Positions 36,396 to 47,800 of a DNA stretch of 64,000 nucleotides are shown piece by piece. Below the pieces are notes generated by a model. It had not been told where the DNA came from. It saw only the letters and a list, made by a program, of their open reading frames with translations, and made no database searches. The first letter of the stretch is position 1. Every line of letters begins with the position of its first letter. This DNA comes from Gekko japonicus (lineage: Eukaryota): the NCBI RefSeq assembly GCF_001447785.1, contig NW_015168670.1, positions 203,513 through 267,512 of the forward strand, given 5' to 3'. The translations under genes were made by a program, and so were the position numbers.

Positions 36396-37854
36396 AAGGG
36401 TTGTTTGTGAGACTGTCCCTGAATAGGGTTCAGAAAGGGCAGCTGGTCAAGAATGCAGTGATGGTGTCCTCACAATGGAACTCCCTCTCTAAAGGAGATC
36501 TGGTTGGCTGGCTTCTTTTAATACTTCCTAAGGTCATTTCTCTCAGCCTATCATACTTCACAGGGTTGTTGTGAAGATCAAGTTTGTAGGGAAGAACCAC
36601 ATAAACCACCCAGAGATTATTATAGGAAGGAAGCTGAAACCTCACCTTGGCCTCCTTTACACTATCTGTCTGCCTGTCTCTGTTTTATATCCCCCCTCCC
36701 AATAACTGCAAAAAACAAGATACTACTACTACTACTGATCTCACAGATGGTTGTTATTTAGATAATCATACATGAAGGACTTTAGCAAAATTGCTTATTA
36801 GATGGGAACTTATGAAGCAAGCATTAGGGATGGCAAGGGAAATTTTTGAAAAATGTGGAGCAAGTGGGCACTGATAATAAATTAATATAGTATGTGTCAG
36901 CTAGGCCTTTCTTGAGCCCTGGCTGCCATGGGAGTGGGGGTGACTCTGAAATGTTTGGTTTCATTTCTGCTGTGTCTTCTGTGTTTCGATTATCTCTGTA
37001 TGACCTTCAGTGCCTGGTTTATTTATTTATTTATTGTTTATATTTGTATCCCGCCTTGCCGAGCACGCTGGCTCAAGGCGGCTAACAAAGTTAAAATTAC
37101 ATAAACAATACAGGGATTAAAACAATGAAAAATACAGTACCAAGTTAAAAACAGCAACAATTCACAAATAAAACTGACAGATGATGGCGATAATCCAAAT
37201 CACATCCAATGGTAGGAGTAGCATCCAGCGAAGTCTCAGGCCAGAAGATGTTCCAGGGCACATTCTTCAGTGGCAGCCCGTAATTGAAAGCCTGGCGGAA
37301 GAGCTCTGTTTTACAGGCCCTGCAGAATTGTAAAAGGTCCCGCAGGGCCCTGATGTTCTCCGGGAGCTCATTCCACCAGTATGGGGCTGCCATTGAAAAA
37401 GCCCTGGTTCTGGTGATGTTCAGCCTGACTTCTTTCGGACCAGGGAGGGTCAAATGATGTTGTGACCCTGACCTCAGTGCTCTCTGGGGCACATGTGGGG
37501 AAAGGCAGTCCTTCAAGTAGGCAGGCCCCTGACCATATAGGGCTTTAAAGGTTAAAAACAGCACCTTGAACCGAATCCAGTACGCTATAGGCAGCCAGTG
37601 CAGTGTCCTCAGCACAGGCTGGATGTGGTCCTGTATCGAGAGACCCATCAACAGCCTGGCTGCGGCATTCTGCACTAGCTGCAGCCTCCGGATCTGGGAC
37701 AAGGGCAGCCCCATGTAGAGAGCGTTGCAGTAGTCTAATCTCAAGGTGACCATTACGTGGATCACTGTTGCTAGGAAATTGAGTCCGAGGAAGGGAACCA
37801 GCTGCCTAATCAGCCGTAGGTGGTAGAAGGCCACCTTGGCAGTGGCTGCTACCT

Positions 37855-38015
37855 NNNNNNNNNNNNNNNNNNNNNNNNNNNNNNNNNNNNNNNNNNNNNN
37901 NNNNNNNNNNNNNNNNNNNNNNNNNNNNNNNNNNNNNNNNNNNNNNNNNNNNNNNNNNNNNNNNNNNNNNNNNNNNNNNNNNNNNNNNNNNNNNNNNNNN
38001 NNNNNNNNNNNNNNN
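37855..38015. other. Assembly gap at a SINE fragment (38016-~38088) nested in the L2
   Basis: Run of N flanked by a Squam3-like tail sequence. Confidence 0.95.
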
Positions 38016-39102
38016 TCAGTACCCAAGGGAGTCTCAGAGCGGCTTACAAACTCCTTTCCCTTCCCTTCCCCACAACAGACAGCCTGTGAGGAGGCATCGA
38101 GGAGCACTCCCAGACTTCTAACCCTTGGCGCTGGCACCAGTGGCGCCCCACCAAAGGTTGGTAATGGGATCCCTACCCCCGACCCGCTCTGACTTGAGCA
38201 CAGGACCTCTGTCTTCGTTGGATTCAATTTCAATCGACTCAATCTAAGCCAGCCTGCCACATCCTGAAGCGCCCACTCCAGGTCATCTGGGCTGGAGTCG
38301 GACTGGCCGTCCAACAACAGATACAGCTGGGTGTCATCAGCGTACTGATGACACCCCAGCCCGTGCCTCCGGGCAATATGGGCAAGGGGGCACATGTAGA
38401 TGTTAACAACATCGGGGATAGCACCATCCCATGACCCGGCTGGAAGCCAGACTGGAATGGGTCCAGCATGGAAGTGTCATCCATGAAGCTCTGCAACTGA
38501 ATCACCGCCGCTCTCTCCAATACTTTGCCCAAATAGGGCAAACTGGAAATCGGCCGATAGTTGGCCAATTCAGCCGGATGCAGTGATGGTTTTTTCAGGA
38601 GAGGGCAGACCATCACTTCCTTGAGTGCCCCCGGGAACAGCCCCTCATTGAAGGACTTGTTGATAACGTCCCTGAGGACACCTCGTAACCCTTCATGACC
38701 AGCTTTTATAAGCCATGAAGGGCACGGATCAAGGCTGCACATGGTTGGGCATACTATTGAGAGGAATCTGTTGACTTCCTCAAGACTGAGTAGACTGAAA
38801 TAATCCAGAATGGAACTAGAAGACGTGCATGGAGCCTCAAGTTCGCTCACTGTCTCAACTGTGGCTGGGAGATTGCGGCGGAGCAGCAGGACTTTATCTG
38901 CGAAATAGCTTGCAAAAGCCTCACAGCCTATATCCAATTCCCTATTGGTTGGCCTGCCCTGTGGTAGCTCTGCTAATGACTGAATAGTCCTAAATAATTG
39001 TGCCGGGCATGAGCTAGCAGATGCAACCGCAGCCTCATAGAATTGTCCCTTCGTGGCTTTGATTGCCATCTCATAGGATCTCATAAACGTCCTATATGAT
39101 GC

Positions 39103-39676
39103 TGTAACGATTTCATGTTTATTTGTGTGTGTGTCTTTAAAAGTTTGGTTGGTATGGCTGTGATGATACTCTAGAGTGCTGGAAACAGGCAAGTGATATG
39201 ATTGGTGAGTGACAGAGAGGGGGAGGGGTTTTGGAATGGATGCTGTGTGGATGATTTGAATGTCTATCAGGAGTGTGTGCCATGACAGTGTGAGAGAGAA
39301 AGGAGCTTATATCTGTAAAGTGAATCTACAGTTCTTAAAAAGAGTCAAAGTTACAAAGAGTGTGATACAGTTGACCTAAAGTACTTACAAATACCTATTT
39401 CCAAAACAGTTACAGTTTAAACAACTTCTTACTCTGTTCTTCAAATAAATCCTTTTTATTTAAGTTTATCCCAGAAGCCTGATCCATTTTTCCTCAGGAA
39501 ACACATAGTTCCTCGAAAGCCCAGACCCTGGGTCACAATACCAAAACCAGAAGAAGAAAGTATAAAGGTTTGGAAAGCCTAAAATTTCCTGGTGGCAGCC
39601 AGATTACCCAGTAGAGCAAAATATAAAGAACGGTTTTAAAGTAAAACCAGACCTCCCCAGAGAAGAGGTCACCACA
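39103..39676 (+). mobile_element. Solo LTR (574 bp) nested in the L2
   Basis: TGTAAC...CACCACA ends; perfect 5-bp TSD GATGC; internal AATAAA. Confidence 0.85.
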
Positions 39677-41074
39677 GATGCCCTTGATGCTTCATCGTGG
39701 GCGCGCCGCCACCGTCTTTCTGGTTGTCTAAGCCCTCATTACATTTGCCACAGCTCCTCAGTGAACCAAGGAGCTCGCTTAGAGCGGGGGCACAGAGGGT
39801 GTCGGGGGCGATCTCATTGATGGCTGCCGAAAGCCGGCCATGCGAGTCCTCGACAAGCTCATCTAACAAGCTGCCGGGGGACATGGGATCCTGCAGAGCC
39901 ATCTGGAATCGCTGAGAGTCCATTTGGCTCTGCGGGTGAGCCAAAATGTGCTCGCCGCCCAAACGGGGTCGGAGGGACACATTCACACAGGCCTTCAGGG
40001 CATGGTGGTCCAACCATGGCACCGCCGAGGCAGTAATCTGGTCCACTGTAACCCCTGTCACGAAGATCGTCGAGCGTATGCCCGGCCTGGTATGTGGGGG
40101 CCGTTACATATTGGGTAAGTCCTAGTGCTGCCATGGATGACACCAAGTCCATCACCGCTACAGAGGCTGCATCATCGACATGGACACTGAAGTCACCCAA
40201 GACTATCAGCCTAGGGAACTCCAATGCCCAGCCCGACCCGGCCTCAACCAGAGATGGCAGGCTATCGGCTGGTGCGTTAGTACACCAACCAGATAGCCAA
40301 ACTCTCCCCGGCTTCCCACACCAAGCCCGAGCACTCAATGCCCGCAAGCAACAGTGGGAGTGCCCTGTAGGAGTAAGCCTCCCGAATGAACAGCGCCACT
40401 CCCCCCCCCGCCCCTCAGTCTGGGATTGGTGAAGGACCGCAAACCCGGGTGGAACCAATTGGGAGAGAGCTACTGTCTCCCCGTCTCGCACACAGGTTTC
40501 AGTCACATCACAAAGAGCTGAGGAGTATGGGATGTTTTGCAGGGAAGAGATTGAAGTAGGATTACCATATTTTGAAAAGACAAAAAAGAGGACATATTTC
40601 CCAACTGACTACTTCAAACAAGTGATCACTATGACAAATCTCATTTTAAATACCCCTACTATTTAAGCTGTGATAATTGCTACTAACTAGGAATATTTCT
40701 AACCTTCCAACCCAAAAGAGCATATTTTCATCAGTTTTTTTAAAAGAGCCCAAAGGAGGATGGACACAAAAAAAGAGAGGACATCTGGTAACCCTGGTGT
40801 AATTTTTCTCTTGGGAAAAGGAGCCCGTTACTTTGGCGGGCTTCTACCTGATCCCTGATTGGCCCTGGGCCATCAGGGGGCCTGCTTGAATAATGTAAAT
40901 CTATTTGCTGCGTGCACTTTTCTTCAGTTCTAATACAAAATGGTTAAGATATCTGCATACTCTCAATGTCTCAATAAACTTTACTTCTTTGAATGAACGC
41001 TGTTGGGAACTTATTGCTGCAGGAGTCTGACAAAGTGTTAGAACTCCCCATAGTTCCCGGACTTGTACCCTACC

Positions 41075-42347
41075 ATGGTTGACAACGATACCGGGGAAGT
41101 ACCAGTAGACCACCGTAGTGACGAGTGGAGAGGGGAGATCCCTTGGGAGATCCTGGCAGTCATGGGCGAATCTCCCATCGTGGCCAGAGGAGAGCTGGGT
41201 GCTTACTCCCAACCCGAGACTGATCACCTACAGCCGGCGATATGGCAGTACCTATGCCAAGGATGTCACTTGAGCAGGGGTGACCAATGAAGTGCAACTG
41301 GAACATGTATGGTGCAAGCTCCAGGGCCAGACAAAGGAGCTGAGGTGCGAGATGCACGAAATGATGCTGGACTTCCCTTGACTCATCGCAACCGCGGTGC
41401 AGCACGAAATGTGGGGATACTGGACAGATGGAGGGGCCCAGGGATGTGACCAAGTGCAGGTGCCTGCACAAGACCAGGCAGGTCAGGTCCCTACAGAACC
41501 TCCTGCGATGCTGGGAAGGGTTCCAGGAGAGCAACCACCTGCTGTTCCCCCAAGACCACTGGTGCCCACCGCACCCGTGCCAGATCATCACCAAGAGCTG
41601 CTGGACGCCACCTTTGATGGCAAACTGGACAAGCTGGCCTTCTTTTTGCTGCAAGTGTGCAAATTCTTACATGACTGGGGACCAACATTCCCGACAGATG
41701 AGCACCGTGTGGATTATATTGGGGCACGGCTGAGAGACCGGGCTGCTGGTTTGTCAAGCTCCACAATATCAGAGGTCCTGAGCTGCGGGATGTGACGGCC
41801 TTCATGTGGGCACTGTGTTGTCAGTACAAGGACCCCATGGAGCTGGAGAAGGCCAGAACAAAGTTAAGGGCCCTGAAGCAAGGGAACAAGACAGTGCAGG
41901 AGTTCTCTGACGAGTTCAAGATGTATGCCACCAAGGTGCATGGGTGGCCAAAGGAGGTACTGATAGAGCAATACTAGTCAGGCCTCAATCATCAACTGCC
42001 TCAACATGATCAAGATGTATATGCCGAAATTGACCCCAAAGACGCTGGGGAGTGAGGTGAGAAGCCAGCGACCCAAACTAAAAGACACCATGAGAGAATG
42101 GTGGATGAAGCAAGGGGTGTGCCTATGCTGCAGGGAGCCGGGCCCCTACGCCGCCTTCTGCCCAGCTACTCTGCCTCCCACAGGGGGAAAAGCACCTGAG
42201 AGATGTGGTTCCGAGACACCAGCAAAGTCTGGCGGAGTGCGGCCCAAGCAGCCAAGGGCCCTCCAGCTGAACACAGTCCCAGACAGGGCTTCCTCCAGTA
42301 GTGATGATGCGGTCCAGCTGGCGGGAAAAGGATGGGACCTGCTGTAA
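41075..42347 (+). pseudogene. Disrupted gag of the Sushi-like element (PEG10/RTL-family-like capsid, degenerate CCHC)
   Basis: ACCATGG start; TFDGKLDKLAFFLLQV, LRALKQGNKTVQEF, GVCLCCREPGPYAAFCP; frameshifts and stops. Confidence 0.85.
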
Positions 42348-42713
42348 GGGGATGTGACCAAGTGGGGAAAAGGATGGGACCTGCTGTAAGGGGCACCACC
42401 CAGCAGGTCCAAAAGCAGTTGGCGTCGTGTTCGGTGAGCAGTACCCCCCTTTGTTTTTCGTGACTGTGTCAGTAATTAACCCCGAAATGGGCACCCAAGT
42501 GAGGGTGAGGGCCTTAATAGACTCCGGGTGTGCTAGAGACTTAATAAGCCCGGCCATTGTGACGGGGTTGGGGGTTGCTGTACAAGCTCTACCAGAGCCA
42601 CTTGTCTTTACCCAAATGGATGGCTCCCCTATGAAGGAGGCGTGTAAATACCAGACTGTGCCAGTGACTGTGGGAACGGGGCCTCACTGGGAACAATGGC
42701 CCTTTATTATTAA

Positions 42714-43793
42714 CTAGGAGTAATGCTCGTTGTGGGAAGAAATACAACGAGATCTAGAAGGAAGCTCCAGATGACTGTCCCGACTGTGGCTGGTGGTGCG
42801 TGTTGGGGCGGCAGAAGGAAGCGAAAAATGGAGGGAGGCAAGCCATGTTTCTTTCCTTCTGCTTAGCTATAAGGCAGGGCTGTCTCAAGTCATTTTGCTG
42901 CCCCAAGGGGGTAGAATGGGAAGGCAGCCTCATGGTTACAGGAATGGTTCTCTCCACCTTTGACATATTTTTGAGGGGGAGGGGGGTGTTATGCAGTGGC
43001 AGCTAAGGTAGAAAAGCATATCCTCCAGTGCCATGTTTTCTGGGTTCAAAGGGTCTGGAAAGTGGTACCATAGCCGATTACATGGTTGACAACTCTGGGT
43101 TGGAACATACCTGTAGATTTGAGGGGTAGAGCCAGGGGAGGGGAGGGTTTGGGGTGGGGAGGAATCTCAGCAGGGTATAATGCCATAGAGTCCACTGCCC
43201 AAAGCCGCAATTGTCTCCAGGAGAACTGATCTGGGTCATCTGGACATCAGTTTTAATAGCTGAAGCCCTGACTGCTACGTCACATTGGCTGTCATACAGG
43301 GGCCATCTCAGCAGGATATAAGGACACAGAGTCCACCATTTTCTCCAGGGGAACTGATCTCTGCCATCTGGAAAGCAGTTGTAATTCTGAGTGATCTTTA
43401 GCCCTCACCTGGAGATTAGCAACAATGGTTTCCCTCAACAGGCACTAAGGGGAAATGTATTTTACCTCAGAACACATTTTATCTCAGAACAGCAACAGCA
43501 AACTGTTTAGAATGTTAGAGGGAAAGACCAATGAGGCCGCATATGCAAACGACCTCTGTGTTCCGAGGCAAAGGTGAATCAGGCCACATATGCAAATGAC
43601 CTCTGTGTTCTGACTGGCTGTGGGGGGGAGAGGAACAGCAAACTGTTTAGAATGTTGGAGGCAGGACTCAGGCAAAGCAGCCAGTGGATAGGGAGACCCT
43701 CTGAATGACAGATCAGAGAGCAATCTGATTTTAAAGCATGTTGGAATGTTCAGGGGAGTCCATGACCCAAATAGAATTATATATATCGGAGGA
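42714..43793 (-). mobile_element. Complete non-autonomous Helitron (1080 bp), copy 3
   Basis: 5' TC, 3' CTAG, perfect CTCGTTGT/ACAACGAG subterminal hairpin, inserted between A and T with no TSD; removal restores the protease reading frame. Confidence 0.9.
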
Positions 43794-44372
43794 TCCCATG
43801 GCCAGGTTTTCAATGATGCTGGGAAGCCCCTGGTTGTGGGACCACGACCCCTACATACAGTGGAGTGTGGGTGCCCTTCATTTCCTGGATTCCAAATGCG
43901 AGGGACATGAATGGAAAAAGGAGTGGGGGAATCTGTCTGCTGCCCTCCCCGAACAGGCGTGCCTGGCCCAGGAGGAGCTTGATCTAATCCCAGAAGAGTA
44001 TCAGGATTTAACCCGGGTGTCCGAGGAAAATGAGGCCAATGAACTTCCCCACCACCACACCGCTGATTGTGCTATAGAGATCTTAACGGGGCATAAAATG
44101 CCAAAAGGGAAACTGTATGCTATGAGCCCAGCCGAGAAAGAGGAGCGGAGGAAGTTCATTGATAAAAACCTGGCTCAGGGTTTCATCCGGCCAGCCTCTT
44201 CACCATATGTGGCTCCCGTTCTCTTCCGGAAAAAGAAGGATGGGGGACTGAGACTGTGTACAGATTACAGGCGCTCAAATGCAGTATCCACCATGAATGC
44301 ATACCCCCTCCTATTAATCAAAGACCTCATGGCTGAGGCCTCAAGGGGCAAAGTGTTCACCAAACTGGATTT

Positions 44373-44895
44373 AAACATAAGAACATAAGAGATGCCAATG
44401 TTGGATCAGGCCAAAGGCCCATCCAGTCCAACACTCTGTATCCCACAGTGGCCAGAAATACCAGTGCCATCAGGAGGTCCACCAGTGGGGCCAGGACATT
44501 AGAAGCCCTCCCACTGTTGACCCCCCCCTATTAATCAAATTATAGACGGAGCTCTTCCACCAGGCTTTTATGTAGGGGCCGCCGCTTCCATCACCACCAA
44601 TGAGGGAAAGACCATCAAGTTGGAGTGCCCTTGATAGCCCGGCGCTATCTATATGACAGCAAGATCAGCCATTTAGCTTGGACTACTATTACCAGGATGA
44701 TTTATCATGCAGACCATCTTGGAATCTAAAGCACCTTATTATTACTATTAGTATGTTGGTTGTGATTTGTGATTTTATTGGATTTTATAAATTTTATGTA
44801 TGTGCTTATGCCTTTGTAAGCCGCCCTGAGCCCGCTTGCGGGGTAGGGCGGGGTAGAAATACCTGAATAAATAAATAAATAAATAAATAAATAAA
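44373..44895. mobile_element. CR1 3' end (minus, ~44373-44527) plus L2 3' end (plus, ~44540-44895) inserted in RT
   Basis: acataagaacataaga tail; TELFHQAF and (TAAA)n tail; flanked by a 46-bp direct repeat of RT sequence. Confidence 0.85.
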
Positions 44896-47800
44896 TCATG
44901 GCTGAGGCCTCAAGGGGCAAAGTGTTCACCAAACTGGATTTGAGAGATGCTTATTTCCGTATGCGCACGAAACGGCATTCAACACACCATTGAGACAGTT
45001 TGAATACTTGGCCATGCCGTTTGGATTGGCGGGAGCCCCAGGGGTCTTTATGAACTTGATTAATGAAGTGTTGCACAAGCATCTGTTCCAAGGGGTCCTA
45101 GTTTATCTTGATGATACCCTAATTTATTCACCTGATAAGGCTTCTCACGTGACTTTGGTGCAGGAGGTATTAGAGACCCTATATGAACACCGGTTGTTCA
45201 CCAAACTTTCAAACCGTGAGTTCCACAAAAGTGAGGTGGATTTTCTGGGCTACCGCATATCTGGAGAGGGTTTGGTGATAGACCTACACCAGGTTGCAGA
45301 TGCGTTGGGCTGGGAGGCTCCTCACACCCGGAGACAACTCCCATCCTTCTTAGGATTTGCAGATTTTTACTGCCCCTTCATCCCCAATTTTGCTTAAGTG
45401 AGTCTACCCCTCACAGACTTGCTAAAGACTAAGGGGAAGGGGCAGGACAGCGCTGAGTCAGGGGCTAAGTTGAATTGGGCCCCGGAATGCTAACAAGCGT
45501 TTGATAAATTGTTTACCTCTGAGCCCATTTTACATCACCCCAATAAAAATAAAATGTTTGTGCTTCAAGTCAATGCCTCTGACATCGCCATGGGGGGCAA
45601 TCTTGCAGAAGGGAGATGATGGTAAACTCCATCCCCTGGCGTATGTGTCAAAGAAATTTAATTATACTGAATGCAATTGGGTGGTTTGGGATAAAGAGGC
45701 GGCTGCAATCAAGCTTGGTGGCATTGGTTAGAGGGGGCCAGGGAGCCTTTTGAGGTATGGACAGATCATAAAAACTTGGAAGCATTGCACACACCCCGAA
45801 AGCTCAACACCAAGCAACTCCAGTGGGCGGAGTTTTTCTCCAAGTTTCATTTCACCCTCCAGCACCTCCCTGGAAAGTTGAACTTCATCACTGACGCCTT
45901 GTCACGCCTCCCCCAGCATGCCAGTCAAAGGGAGGAGGTGGTAGACTCTATGCTCACGCCCTCCCAGCTAGGTGGAGCAGTGGTGATGCAGAGTTGCGCT
46001 GCAGCTGAGAAGCGGGGGGGAGGAGGGTGCCATGGGTTGCTAACTTTAAAGAAGCACTTACAGAGGCAGACAGGGCAGAAATTGCTAAAGTCTCTTCCCT
46101 CCGGCAAAATCCAGATTGGGGGGGGGCAGACTCTGTACCACATGCTCTGCGGGATGAGGTGTTGTATTTTGGGCATGAATCCAAACTGGCTGGATATTAT
46201 GGATATTTAAAGATGCCACACCTCCTTCAATGCCAGTTTTGGTGGCCACATATGCATGCTGATATTTCACAATACGTGGGCTCATGCCAGACTTGTTTGA
46301 TGGGGGAAAGATGGCCTGGAAAGCCCCTGGGTACTTTGTGACCTTTGGAAACCCCTAGTCGCTCCTGGGAAGTCATTTCCATAGACTTTATTACTGATCT
46401 GCCACCCAGTAAACGGAATACTGTGATCTGGGTTGTGGTGGATTTTCTAAGCTGGCTCATTTCATCCCATGTAAACAACTGCCAAATGCCAACCACCAAA
46501 ACCCTGGCTAAATTGTTCATGCACCATGTTGTGAGATTGCATTCAGTGCCTAGCAAAATAATATGCGACAGAGGAGCCCAGTTCGCTGCCAAATTTTGGA
46601 AGGAACTCGTACAGGTTTTGGATATTATGAGAGGGCAGAACAGTGCCCATCACCCAGAGACTGATGGATAAACTGAACGTATCAATCAGATAGTTGAGCA
46701 ATTCTTGCACTGCTTTACCAACTACCAGCAGGATAATTGGACTGAATTGTTACCTTATGCGGAATACGGTTACAATAATTCAGTGCATAGCTCCACTGGA
46801 CTGTCCCCTTTCAAAGCTATGCATGGATATGAGGGCGCCCCTTTGCCCACTATAGACACACCGGATCCCAGCCCTGGTGATCTCCAGACTTGGTGGCTAG
46901 GCTTAAAGGACCAATGGGCTGTCATCCAAAAGACTCTTGACAAAGCCAAAGTAGATTACAAAGCCCATGCCGATAAAGGGCGGGCCCGAGTGGGATTCGC
47001 AACCTGGGGACTCTGTGTATTTGTCTACTAAACACTTGAAAGGGTTCCAAGCCCAAACAGAAGTTGGGTTAGAAATATGTTGGTCCTTTTACAGTAATAT
47101 GCAAAATGGGGGAGGTTGCTGTTGAACTTAAACTGCCTAAATCTCATAAAGATGTGCATCCTGTAGTTCATTTCAGTCTGCTGAAACGGGACCCAGGTCT
47201 GAACAAGTGGAGACCTCGACCTCCAGCCCCTCCACCTCTGATGATGAATGGTGAACCACACCAAGAGATGGAAGAAATTCTGGACTCGAAACTTAAGCAT
47301 GGCCACCTTTACTATCTAATAAAGCGGAAATACTTTGACCCTTCTCATAATGAATGGGGGCGTGCTTTTCACAAAATGTATCCAACTAAACGTGGTGGGT
47401 GAAGTCTTGGGGGGGGGCAGAATGTCAGCTAGGCCTTTCTTGAGCCCTGGTTGCCATGGGAGTGGGGGTGACTATGGAATGTTTGGTTTCATTTCTGCTG
47501 TGTCTTCTGTGTTTCTATTATCTCTGTATGACCTTCAGTGTCTGGTGTAATCTTTCTCTTGAGAAAAGTAGCTGTTACTCTGGCGGGCTTCTACCTGATC
47601 CTTGGTTGGCCCTGGACCATCAGGGGGCCTACTTGAATAATGTATATCTGTTTGCTGCGTGGCCTTTTCTTCAGTTCTAACATGAAATGGTTAAGATATC
47701 TGCATACGCTCAATGTCTCAATAAACTTTACTTCTTTGAATGAAAGCTGTTGGGAACCGATTGCTGCAGGAGTCTGACAGTATGCATGGGTACATATTGA

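Larger units (their letters stand above)
37019..40507 (-). mobile_element. L2-clade LINE (APE endonuclease and RT, internally deleted) inserted in the 5' LTR
   Basis: VTET, LGDFSVH, GHTLD, DPCPSWL, NYRPIS, QYADDTQLY, KTELFRQAF; (TAAA)n tail at 37019-37035. Confidence 0.9.
42365..47402 (+). pseudogene. Disrupted pol: protease, RT, RNase H, integrase, chromodomain
   Basis: ALIDSG; LRLCTDYR, MPFGL, VYLDD; WTDHKNL; WEVISIDF, DRGAQF; MEEILDSKLKHGHLYYLIK...NEW. Confidence 0.9.
36895..47779 (+). mobile_element. Full-length decayed Gypsy chromovirus (Tf1/Sushi group) with nested insertions
   Basis: LTRs TGTCAG...CTGACA (5' LTR split 36895-37018 and 40793-41032; 3' LTR 47423-47779); 5-bp TSD GTATG (36890-36894, 47780-47784); PPT 47409-47422; gag-PR-RT-RH-IN-chromodomain order. 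Confidence 0.95.

Noticed and set aside
41075-47402. Domesticated PEG10/RTL1-like gene
   Set aside because: Multiple stops, frameshifts and nested insertions, and still bounded by LTRs with a TSD; a decayed retrotransposon
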